Below, piece by piece: positions 6,931 to 14,926 of a stretch of DNA of 24,000 bases. Position 1 is the stretch's first letter, and each line of letters begins with the position of its first letter. The position numbers were made by a program, and so were the translations under genes. The stretch comes from Rhodoplanes sp. (GTDB lineage: Bacteria > Pseudomonadota > Alphaproteobacteria > Rhizobiales > Xanthobacteraceae), in the NCBI RefSeq assembly GCF_013377085.1, contig NZ_JACAAX010000005.1:82547-106546 (forward strand), written 5' to 3'. Below the pieces are notes generated by a model. It ran no database searches. It was not told the origin of the DNA and was given only the letters and a program-made list of their open reading frames with translations.

Positions 6931-7959
6931 ATGACCAGCTTCAACGGCTCGGGCGCCGGATCGCGGCGCCGTGGCGTTTCGCGGCGCGCTCTCCTGGGTG
7001 GCGCCGCCCTCGGCCTCGCGGCCCCGATGATCCTGCGCAGCAGTTCGGCCTTTGCGGCCTACCCGGATCGTCCGCTGCGAATCGTCGTCGCCAACTCGCC
7101 CGGCGGCCCCTCCGACATCATCGCCCGCATCGTCGCGGCGGCCCTGCAGGAGGCGATGGGCGGCACCGTGTTCGTCGAGAACAAGGGCGGCGGCGGCAGC
7201 AATATCGGCATGGGCTACGTCGCGCGCGCCGAGGGCGACGGCACCACGATTCTGCTCGCCACCAGCGCCTTCGTGGTCAATCCGAGCCTCTACGACACGC
7301 TGCCCTACGATCCGTTCAAGGACTTTTCCGCGATCTGCGAGCTGGCGACCTCGCCCAACGTGTTCGCCGTGAAGCCGGAGCTCGGCGTCTCCACCATGAG
7401 GGAGTTCGTCGCGCTGGCGAAGAAGAGCCCGGACAAGTTCAACGTCTCGACGCCGCCGGTCGGCACCACGCCGCAACTCGAGGCCGAGGTGCTGAAGTCG
7501 CGCGAAGGTCTCTCCGGCATGGCCAGCATCGTGTTCGCCGGCGGCGGCGAGGCCCTGCAGGCCCTGCTCGGCGGCACCGTGCAGCTCTCCTCCGGCGTGC
7601 TGGCGCCGGCGCACCCGTATCTGAAGGCCGGCACCCTGAAGGGCCTCGCCGTGACGGGCGAGCGGCGTTGGCACGACCTGCCCGACATCCCCACCATGGT
7701 GGAGGCCGGCTGGCCGGACTTCGTGTTCGAGACCTACACGGCGCTGCTGGCGCCGGCCGCGACGTCGCCCGACTTCGTGCGGAGGCTGGAGCAGGAGACG
7801 CTCGCCATTCTGGCCAAGCCGGAGATGCGCGAGAAGCTCACCAGGACCGGCTTCGAGGTGCAGGCCAGGACCGGCAAGCAGCACATGGAACGGGTGGCGC
7901 GCGAGATGCCGATGTTCCGCGACGTCATCAGCAAGGCCGGCATCAAGGTGAAGAGCTGA
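6931..7959 (+). CDS. Tripartite tricarboxylate transporter substrate-binding protein (TctC/Bug family), Tat-type signal
   Basis: Track ORF 6931..7959. Twin-arginine leader SRRRGVSRRALLGGAALGLAAPMILRSSSAFA|AYPDRPLRIVV, then the Bug-family hallmarks PGGPSDIIARIV...VENKGGGGSNIG. Confidence 0.85.
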   Translation: MTSFNGSGAGSRRRGVSRRALLGGAALGLAAPMILRSSSAFAAYPDRPLRIVVANSPGGPSDIIARIVAAALQEAMGGTVFVENKGGGGSNIGMGYVARAEGDGTTILLATSAFVVNPSLYDTLPYDPFKDFSAICELATSPNVFAVKPELGVSTMREFVALAKKSPDKFNVSTPPVGTTPQLEAEVLKSREGLSGMASIVFAGGGEALQALLGGTVQLSSGVLAPAHPYLKAGTLKGLAVTGERRWHDLPDIPTMVEAGWPDFVFETYTALLAPAATSPDFVRRLEQETLAILAKPEMREKLTRTGFEVQARTGKQHMERVAREMPMFRDVISKAGIKVKS

Positions 7960-7965
7960 GCTTTG

Positions 7966-8000
7966 CGGATGCGATGCCGCTCGCTGCGGCATCGCATCCG
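7966..8000 (+). other. Perfect 15-bp stem-loop between the TctC-like and enolase-superfamily genes
   Basis: cggatgcgatgccgc (7966-7980), loop tcgct, gcggcatcgcatccg (7986-8000). It starts 7 nt after the stop, has no following T-run, and the next gene starts at 8030. Confidence 0.6.
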
Positions 8001-8029
8001 GCGGACTACACAGGTCGAGGAGTGCTGTC

Positions 8030-9151
8030 GTGAAGGTCGTGAAGCTCGAGCCGATCGCCGTCAGCCTGCCGATGCGCAAGCCCGTGATCATGGCGGGCGA
8101 GGAGGTGCGCCGCGCCGACAACGTGCTGGTGCGCGTCACCGCCGACGACGGCACGGTCGGCTGGGGCGAGGCCGCCTCGGCGCCGACCATGACGGGGGAG
8201 ACGATCGAGAGCATGACGGCCGCCATCCTTCACCTCGCGCCCGTGATCGAGGGCCGCGATCCCGGCGACATCGAGGGCGCGCTCGTCGCGCTCGACGGCC
8301 GCATGTACGCCAACACCGGCGCCAAGGCCGCGGTCGAGATCGCCCTGCACGACCTGGTCGGCCGGGCCACCGGGCGGCCCGTGCATGCGCTGCTCGGCGA
8401 CAAGACGCGCGAGCGCGCGGCGCTGCTCGGCGTCATCGGCGGCGGCGACCGCGACGGCGATCTCGCCGACGCGGCGCGCAAGAAGGCCGACGGCTACACG
8501 GCGTTCAAGATCAAGGTCGGCATCGACGCGGCCGAGGCGGACGCCGCGCGCACTCGTGCGATCTGCCGCGTGCTCGGCGACGAGATGCTGATCTCGGCCG
8601 ACGCCAATCAGGGTTTCTCCATGGAGGCGGCGCTCGCCTTCGTGCGGGCCGTCGCCGACGCCGGGCTCGACTTCGTCGAGCAGCCGGTCGCGGGCCACGA
8701 TCTCGCCGGCATGGCCGCCGTGGCGGCCGCGACGACAATCGCGATCGGGGCCGACGAGGGCATCCACGGCATCGACGACATCCGCCGCCATCACGAGCAC
8801 AAGGCGGCGCATGGCGTCAGCCTCAAGGCCATCAAGCTCGGCGGCCTGCGGGCCGTCGTCGCGGCGGGTCGGCTGTGCGACCGGCTCGGCATGGACGTCA
8901 ACCTGTCATGCAAGACCGGCGAGTCGAGCATTTCCTGCGCGGCGGCGCTGCATGCGGCGGCCGTGCTGCCCGGCCTCGCCTGGGGCCTGACGCTGACCTG
9001 CCAGGCGCTGGCGAGCGACGTGGCCCGACATCCCGTGCCGATCCGCCGTGGCCATGCCGAGGTGAGCGACGGCCCCGGGCTCGGCATCGAGGTCGACGAG
9101 GCGCTGGTGCAGCGCCACCGCATCGCCGTGGCGCTGCGCAGCGTCGCCTGA
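8030..9151 (+). CDS. Enolase-superfamily enzyme, muconate-lactonizing-enzyme (MLE) subgroup (epimerase/racemase/cycloisomerase type)
   Basis: GTG 8030 preceded by gaggag (8017-8022). The translation shows the K-x-K base (YTAFKIKVG), the metal ligands D (SADANQGF), E (FVEQP) and D (IGADEG), and the second Lys (VSLKAIKLGG). Confidence 0.85.
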   Translation: MKVVKLEPIAVSLPMRKPVIMAGEEVRRADNVLVRVTADDGTVGWGEAASAPTMTGETIESMTAAILHLAPVIEGRDPGDIEGALVALDGRMYANTGAKAAVEIALHDLVGRATGRPVHALLGDKTRERAALLGVIGGGDRDGDLADAARKKADGYTAFKIKVGIDAAEADAARTRAICRVLGDEMLISADANQGFSMEAALAFVRAVADAGLDFVEQPVAGHDLAGMAAVAAATTIAIGADEGIHGIDDIRRHHEHKAAHGVSLKAIKLGGLRAVVAAGRLCDRLGMDVNLSCKTGESSISCAAALHAAAVLPGLAWGLTLTCQALASDVARHPVPIRRGHAEVSDGPGLGIEVDEALVQRHRIAVALRSVA

Positions 9152-9686
9152 AGCACGCGGACCACACTCCGGCGCGGGACGAGTTGCACATCCGGGCGGG
9201 ACGATGCGCGTTCCGTCTATCGTGACGTTCGATCATGCCGCAGGCCGTTCCGATATGTCCGCAAGGGCATCGCCCTCGGGCCCGTGCGTTGCATGGCGGC
9301 CATCCATCGTGATGCTCAGGAACAAATCTCGTGCCGAGACCGCATGTCGTTTCGTGGAGCGCGGCGCGAGCGGTTCTGAATTTCAATGCGCGTCGCGCAT
9401 CCGACACAACGTTGCGGTCGGCGCGAGCCCCGTGCCGCGCGTGACCCGGACATGAGCCGGCTGACCTATTACACGATATCCTTCGTGATATTTTACAGGC
9501 CACGTCGAGGTTCGAACCGCTGTGCAAGGTGATCGCGGACCGAACGGCACGTCCGGAAACGACTTGTAAACCGTTTCCGACCGGCCCGCATGCGCGCCAC
9601 GTCTCCGATTCGAAACACGGCCGACCGGTCGAGGCCGCGCATCGTGCGCCGGTCCGTGAACCGCTTTTCGAACGCGCGAGGCTGCG

Positions 9687-11942
9687 ATGAACGCCATCAC
9701 CACCATCATCCCCGAAGAGCCCTGGGCCGGCTTCGCCGCCGGACCCTGGCAGGCCGACATCGACGTGCGCGACTTCATCCAGACGAACTACCGCCCGTAT
9801 CTCGGCGACCGGCGCTTCCTCAGCGGTCCGACGGCGCGCACGCTCGGCGTCTGGGCCAAGCTCACGGACCTGCTGGCGATCGAGCGCCAGAAGGGGATTC
9901 TCGACGCGTCGGTCGATCGCCCGGCCGGCATCACGGCGCACGCGCCCGGCTGGATCGATCGCGACGCCGAGCTGATCGTCGGCCTGCAGACCGACGCGCC
10001 GCTCAAGCGCGCCATCATGCCGAACGGCGGGCTTCGCATGGTCGAGAACGGTCTCGAAGCCTACGGCTACACCATCGATCCGGCCGTCAAGGAGACCTGG
10101 ACCAAGCACCGCAAGAGCCACAATCAGGGCGTCTTCGACGCCTACTCGACGGAGATTCTCGCCGCGCGCAAGTCGGGCATCGTCACCGGGCTGCCGGACG
10201 CCTACGGCCGCGGCCGCATCATCGGCGACTATCGCCGCGTCGCGCTCTACGGCACCGACGCGCTGAAGGCCTCCAAACGGCGCGAGCTGCACGAGATCGA
10301 CGACGCCGTGTTCGACGAGAAGACGATGCGGCTGCGCGAGGAGCTCAACGAGCAGATCCGCGCGCTCGACGAACTCGCCGCGATGGCGAGGAGCTACGGC
10401 TGCGACGTGACGAAGCCCGCCCGCACCGGCCGCGAGGCCGTGCAGTGGACCTATTTCGGCTACCTCGCCGCCGTGAAGGAGCAGAACGGCGCCGCGATGT
10501 CGCTCGGCCGCATCTCGACCTTCCTGGACATCTATCTCGACCGTGACATCGAGCGTGGACTCCTGACGGAAGAGGGCGCCCAGGAGCTGATCGACGACCT
10601 CGTGATCAAGCTGCGCATCGTCCGCTTCCTGCGCACGCCGGAATACGACACGCTGTTCTCCGGCGATCCGACCTGGGTGACCGAGTCGATCGGCGGCATC
10701 GGCGAGGACGGCCGTCCGCTGGTGACTAAGACGAGCTTCCGCTTCCTGCAGACGCTGTTCAATCTCGGTCCGGCGCCGGAGCCGAACCTCACGGTGCTTT
10801 GGTCGACGCAACTGCCCGAGGGCTTCAAGGACTATTGCGCGAAGGTGTCGATCGAGACGTCGTCGATTCAGTACGAGAACGACGACGTCATGCGGCCGCA
10901 CTGGGGCGACGACTACGGCATCGCCTGCTGCGTCTCGCCGATGCGGATCGGCAAGCAGATGCAGTTCTTCGGCGCCCGCGCCAACCTCGCCAAGGCGCTG
11001 CTCTACGCGATCAACGGCGGCGTCGACGAGAAGTCCGGGGAGGTGGTGGCGCACGGTTTTGCGCCGATCACGGGCGACACGCTCGACTACGATGCGGTCG
11101 TCGAGAAGCTCGATCCGATGATGAGCTGGCTCGCCAAGACCTACATCAAGGCCCTCAACGTCATCCACTACATGCACGATCGCTACGCCTACGAGCGCAT
11201 CGAGATGGCGCTGCACGACCGCGACGTGCTGCGCACCATGGCATGCGGCATCGCCGGCCTGTCGGTCGCGGCCGACAGCCTGTCGGCGATCAAGCATGCC
11301 AAGGTGAAGGTGATCAGGAACAAGGCGGGTCTCGCCGTCGACTACGCCATCGAGGGCGACTATCCGGCCTATGGCAACAACGACGACCGCGCCGACAGCA
11401 TCGCCGTGTGGCTGGCCGAGACCTTCATCGAGAAGATCAGGGCGCAGCCGCACTTCTATCGCGACGCGATGCCGACGCAGTCGGTGCTGACCATCACGTC
11501 CAACGTCGTCTACGGCAAGAAGACCGGCAACACGCCCGACGGGCGCCGTGCCGGCCAGCCCTTCGCGCCGGGCGCCAACCCGATGAACGGTCGCGACAAG
11601 AAGGGCTTCATCGCCGCCGGCGCGTCGGTGTCGAAGATTCCGTATGCCTGCGCACTCGACGGCATCTCCTGGACCGCCTCGGCGACTCCGGCGGCGCTCG
11701 GCCGGGTGCCGCAGGAGCGGCAGAAGAATCTCGCCGCCTGTCTCGATGCGTTCTCGGCCGCGTCCGGCCATCACGTCAACGTCAACGTCCTGAACCGCGA
11801 GACGCTGCTGGACGCGATGGAGCACCCGGAGATCTATCCGCAGCTCACCATCCGGGTCTCGGGATATGCGGTGAACTTCGTCAAGCTGTCGCGCGAGCAG
11901 CAGCTCGACGTGATCAGCCGGACGTTCCACGCGGCGATGTGA
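9687..11942 (+). CDS. pflB: Pyruvate formate-lyase (formate C-acetyltransferase), glycyl-radical enzyme
   Basis: Track ORF 9687..11942, 751 aa, collinear by eye with E. coli PflB: [38 protein letters not shown], the active-site Cys pair [30 protein letters not shown], and the glycyl-radical motif [11 protein letters not shown] near the C-terminus. Confidence 0.97.
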   Translation: MNAITTIIPEEPWAGFAAGPWQADIDVRDFIQTNYRPYLGDRRFLSGPTARTLGVWAKLTDLLAIERQKGILDASVDRPAGITAHAPGWIDRDAELIVGLQTDAPLKRAIMPNGGLRMVENGLEAYGYTIDPAVKETWTKHRKSHNQGVFDAYSTEILAARKSGIVTGLPDAYGRGRIIGDYRRVALYGTDALKASKRRELHEIDDAVFDEKTMRLREELNEQIRALDELAAMARSYGCDVTKPARTGREAVQWTYFGYLAAVKEQNGAAMSLGRISTFLDIYLDRDIERGLLTEEGAQELIDDLVIKLRIVRFLRTPEYDTLFSGDPTWVTESIGGIGEDGRPLVTKTSFRFLQTLFNLGPAPEPNLTVLWSTQLPEGFKDYCAKVSIETSSIQYENDDVMRPHWGDDYGIACCVSPMRIGKQMQFFGARANLAKALLYAINGGVDEKSGEVVAHGFAPITGDTLDYDAVVEKLDPMMSWLAKTYIKALNVIHYMHDRYAYERIEMALHDRDVLRTMACGIAGLSVAADSLSAIKHAKVKVIRNKAGLAVDYAIEGDYPAYGNNDDRADSIAVWLAETFIEKIRAQPHFYRDAMPTQSVLTITSNVVYGKKTGNTPDGRRAGQPFAPGANPMNGRDKKGFIAAGASVSKIPYACALDGISWTASATPAALGRVPQERQKNLAACLDAFSAASGHHVNVNVLNRETLLDAMEHPEIYPQLTIRVSGYAVNFVKLSREQQLDVISRTFHAAM

Positions 11943-11974
11943 GCCGCGGCGAAGCCGCGCGACGGGAGCAGGAC

Positions 11975-12982
11975 ATGGCGGCGGACCACACGACGCAGGG
12001 CGCGGAGCTGTTCGGCTCCGACGCCTATTCTCCGGCCGAGATCCAGGACAAGGTCGAGAAGATCGGCGTCAACAAGGCACGTCTGCCGTTCTTCGCGAGC
12101 TTCATGCTCTCGATCGTCGCGGGCGGCTCGATCGGGTTCGGTGGCTTGTTCTTCTGCATCGTGCTGGCCGATCCGTCGCTGGGATTCGCCATTCAGCGCG
12201 TGCTCGGCGGCGTCCTGTTCTCGCTCGGGCTCGCGCTCGTCATGATCGGCGGCGCCGAGCTGTTCACCGGCAATTGCCTGATCGTGATGGCCTGGATGAA
12301 CCGGCAGATCCGGACTGCGGAGGTCTTGAGGAACTGGGCGACCGTGTGGCTCGGCAATCTCGTCGGTGCGCTCGGTCTCGTCGGCCTCGTCTTCATGGCG
12401 CACCACACCGATCTCGGCAACGGACAGGTCGGTGTGGCCGTTCTCAAGCTCGCCGTCGGAAAGATCGCGCCGGACGCGACGACGATCCTCTTCAAGGGCA
12501 TTCTGTGCAATGTGCTCGTCTGCCTCGGCGTGTGGCTCGCCTATGCGGGGCGCTCCGTCACCGACAAGATGGTCGGCATGGTGCTGCCGGTCGCCTGTTT
12601 CGTCGCGGCGGGGTTCGAGCATTGCGTCGCCAACATGTACTTCCTGCCGCTGGCGTGGCTGTTGACCGCCACCGGGCCGGTCCCCGAGGGGATCGATGTT
12701 TCGGCGATCACGCTGGCCGGCATCGTGCACAACCTGGTCCCGGCGACGCTCGGCAACATCGTCGGCGGGGCGGGCTTCGTCGGGGTCGTGTACTGGGCGA
12801 TCTACCGCAAGTGCCTGGGCGGGCTGACGACCCTGCCGGTCTCCGCAGCACCGCGGGCGAGGATGCCGGACGCGGTGCCCGGTGCCCTTCGCACCGCGAC
12901 GGGCACGAGCGAGGCATCGGGGGCGTCCGTCCATCACATCCCTGCTTCGCCCTCCGGCGTCAGCGTCGGGGCCCCGCGATGA
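11975..12982 (+). CDS. focA: Formate channel FocA (formate/nitrite transporter family) with a ~56-aa low-complexity C-terminal tail
   Basis: ATG 11975 in frame in track ORF 10799..12982. FNT hallmarks: GAELFTGNCLIV, FKGILCNVLVCLGVW, GFEHCVANMYFLP, LGNIVGGAGFVG. The conserved core ends near YWAIYRK (~12811), and the tail is A/P/S/G-rich. Confidence 0.9.
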   Translation: MAADHTTQGAELFGSDAYSPAEIQDKVEKIGVNKARLPFFASFMLSIVAGGSIGFGGLFFCIVLADPSLGFAIQRVLGGVLFSLGLALVMIGGAELFTGNCLIVMAWMNRQIRTAEVLRNWATVWLGNLVGALGLVGLVFMAHHTDLGNGQVGVAVLKLAVGKIAPDATTILFKGILCNVLVCLGVWLAYAGRSVTDKMVGMVLPVACFVAAGFEHCVANMYFLPLAWLLTATGPVPEGIDVSAITLAGIVHNLVPATLGNIVGGAGFVGVVYWAIYRKCLGGLTTLPVSAAPRARMPDAVPGALRTATGTSEASGASVHHIPASPSGVSVGAPR

Positions 12983-13842
12983 TCCGCCCGCCGCCGTCTC
13001 GCTGTCCTGACGGCATCGGGCCGGCCGGCGAGCTCGGCTTGCACAGGGCCGCCTTGCCGGGCCGCGTCTGCGAGCTGCCGCCCGGGTCCGGGCCGTATCG
13101 ATCCGCGGAGGAGCCGGTCGGCTTCCTGCATTCGGTGGAGACTGGCGCAGCCGGGGACGGGCCCGGCATGAGGTTCGTGTTTTTCCTGTCCGGCTGTCCG
13201 TTCCGCTGCGTCTATTGCCACAACCCGGACACCTGGAAGCTTTCGGCCGGGCGTCGCATCGACCTCGACGAGGCTTTGGCCGAGGTGACGCCCTATCGGA
13301 GCTTCCTGCGCATGGCCGGCGGCGTCACCGTCTCGGGCGGCGAGCCGATGACCCAGCCGGACTTCGTCGGCGCGCTGTTGACGCGGTTGCACGACGAGAT
13401 GCGGCTGCATACCGCCCTCGATACGACCGGCTTCCTCGGCCACAAGGTGGCCGACGACTGGTTCGACGCCGTCGACCTCGTGCTCCTGGACATCAAGCAT
13501 TCGGATCCGGCCGCCTATCGGCAGATCACCGGGCGGGACCTGCAGCCGACCCTCGACTTTGCTCGCCGCATGGTGCGGCTGGAGAAGCCGATGTGGATCC
13601 GTTACGTCCTCGTCCCCGGCCTCACGGACGGGGCGGCCGACATGGCGCGGCTCGCCGATATCCTGGTCGATCTCGGCCCGCTGGTGCAGCAGGTCGACGT
13701 GCTGCCCTACCACCGGCTCGGCGAGCACAAATGGGCCGAGCTGGGGCGCGCCTATCCGCTCGGCGACACGCCGACACCGACGCGCGCCCAGGTCGCGGAC
13801 GCAGTTGCGATCTTCAAGGATCGCGGCCTCGCGGCCCGGTGA
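12979..13842 (+). CDS. pflA: Pyruvate formate-lyase activating enzyme (radical SAM); start uncertain
   Basis: ATG 12979 overlaps the focA stop (ATGA). The conserved region starts at ~13117: VGFLHSVETGAAGDGPGMRFVFFLSGCPFRCVYCHNPDTW (CxxxCxxC radical-SAM cluster), then GGVTVSGGEP, LDTTGF, VLLDIKH, WIRYVLVPGLTD, LPYHRLGEHKW. The first ~46 codons are P/G-rich and unconserved. In-frame TTG codons inside the extension are alternative starts. Confidence 0.9.
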   Translation: MIRPPPSRCPDGIGPAGELGLHRAALPGRVCELPPGSGPYRSAEEPVGFLHSVETGAAGDGPGMRFVFFLSGCPFRCVYCHNPDTWKLSAGRRIDLDEALAEVTPYRSFLRMAGGVTVSGGEPMTQPDFVGALLTRLHDEMRLHTALDTTGFLGHKVADDWFDAVDLVLLDIKHSDPAAYRQITGRDLQPTLDFARRMVRLEKPMWIRYVLVPGLTDGAADMARLADILVDLGPLVQQVDVLPYHRLGEHKWAELGRAYPLGDTPTPTRAQVADAVAIFKDRGLAAR

Positions 13843-13850
13843 TCCGGGCC
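13833..13850. other. Short palindromic hairpin spanning the pflA stop codon in a 22-bp convergent gap
   Basis: ggcccgg (13833-13839), loop tgat (contains TGA 13840-13842), ccgggcc (13844-13850). It is symmetric, so it can form in both convergent transcripts. There is no T-run on either side. Confidence 0.3.
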
Positions 13851-13864
13851 GCATCTCGGGTAGA

Positions 13865-14875
13865 CTACAGTCCGAAAATCTGCCGGGCCGTGGTGCCGCG
13901 CACCTTGTCGCGGGTGCTTCCGGCGAGGCGGTCGACGCGGGCGAGGCAGCCGAACATGTCACCGATGGTGTGCGGATAATCCGAGCCGTACATCACCCGG
14001 TCGGCCCCGAACGCCCCGACCGCCATTTCCAGCGCGTCCTGGCGGAACACCACGGCGTCGCAATAGATCATCCGCATGGCGTCGGACGGCCGCATGAAAT
14101 AGCTCGGCCGGTGGTCGGTCTTGGCCCGCGTCGCCGGGATCTCGTACCAGCATTGATCGAGGCGGCCGACCAGATAGGGCAGTGCTCCGCCGCCATGCGC
14201 CGCGATGATCTTCACCCGCTGGAAGCGCTCGAAGAAGCCATCGAGCATCATCCGCCCGACCGCCAGCGTGGTGTCGAACGTGAAGCCGATCGAGGCGGTG
14301 AGCTGGAACTCGTGCATGCCCATCTCGGCGACGCCGGGCGGCGCCGTCGGATGCACCAGCACGGGCAGTCCGAGCTCGTCGATGCGTTTCCAGATCGGCT
14401 CGAACAGCGGATCGGTGAGCGGCTTGCCGTTGATGTTGGCGAGCACCATCACGCCGACGGCGCCGCGGGAGCGCGCCCGCTCCAGCTCGGCGATCGCGGT
14501 CTGCGGATATTCCCACGGCATCGACGCCATGAAGCGGATGCGGTCCGGATAGGCCGTCTGGGCGTCCGCCATGCTGTCGTTCATGATGCGGGCCGCCTCG
14601 AGCCCGATCGCCTCGCCGCCCCAGTAGACGTTGGGGCAGGACAGCGACATCACCGCGATGTCGATGCCGGCCTGGTCCATCTTCTTGATGCGCAGGTCGT
14701 AGTCGAACATCGGCGGCACCGGCGTCATGAACGGCGCGCCGTCGAGATGGATGGCGTGCAGGCCGGGCTGCACCTCCTTGGTGGTGTAGCGCGGTCCGCC
14801 GTGCTGCTTGAGCAGGTCGAACCACGCGTGGGTGAGCATGTGGGTATGGACGTCGATGACGGGAGACGTGGACAC
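13865..14875 (-). CDS. Amidohydrolase_2-family metal-dependent enzyme (ACMSD / aromatic-acid decarboxylase / hydratase type)
   Basis: Track ORF 13865..14875 (-). The N-terminus VIDVHTHM gives the HxH metal motif; later come LVHPTAPPG, IIAAHGGGALPYL and MYGSDYPH (the terminal Asp motif), the pattern of the PF04909-type family as I recall it. Confidence 0.85.
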   Translation of the reverse strand: MSTSPVIDVHTHMLTHAWFDLLKQHGGPRYTTKEVQPGLHAIHLDGAPFMTPVPPMFDYDLRIKKMDQAGIDIAVMSLSCPNVYWGGEAIGLEAARIMNDSMADAQTAYPDRIRFMASMPWEYPQTAIAELERARSRGAVGVMVLANINGKPLTDPLFEPIWKRIDELGLPVLVHPTAPPGVAEMGMHEFQLTASIGFTFDTTLAVGRMMLDGFFERFQRVKIIAAHGGGALPYLVGRLDQCWYEIPATRAKTDHRPSYFMRPSDAMRMIYCDAVVFRQDALEMAVGAFGADRVMYGSDYPHTIGDMFGCLARVDRLAGSTRDKVRGTTARQIFGL

Positions 14876-14926
14876 GTCGGGCCCTTTCTCGGGTGCTGAA
14901 CGGGCGTTCGGAGGGAGGTCGGGAGG

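Noticed and set aside
9505-9525. GGTTCGAACC, which resembles a tRNA T-loop
   Set aside because: The flanking bases do not form a T-stem (cgagg versus cgctg), and no acceptor or anticodon arms can be drawn. It is not a tRNA or tRNA fragment.
9152-9686. FNR/FixK-type anaerobox upstream of pflB
   Set aside because: I looked for TTGAT-N4-ATCAA and TTGA/C-N6-T/GCAA on both strands by eye. The nearest candidates (gTGATattttACAg at ~9485, ctgaatttcaat at ~9375) miss too many core positions. This is reported as an absence, pending a proper PWM scan.
8898-11930. 1010-aa ORF on the minus strand covering all of pflB
   Set aside because: It is exactly antisense to a gene with unambiguous PflB motifs. 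The translation is Arg/Ala/Gly/Asp-rich low-information sequence with no recognisable domain, which is the usual stop-poor shadow frame of GC-rich DNA.
12274-12978. N-terminal 235 codons of the 522-aa ORF containing pflA, and similar 5' extensions of ORFs 804, 1160, 3559, 5273, 5834, 10799, 14927(-)
   Set aside because: These extensions run through the preceding gene or intergenic DNA in another frame and are compositionally junk. Internal starts with SD-like sequences or stop/start overlaps give proteins of normal family length.
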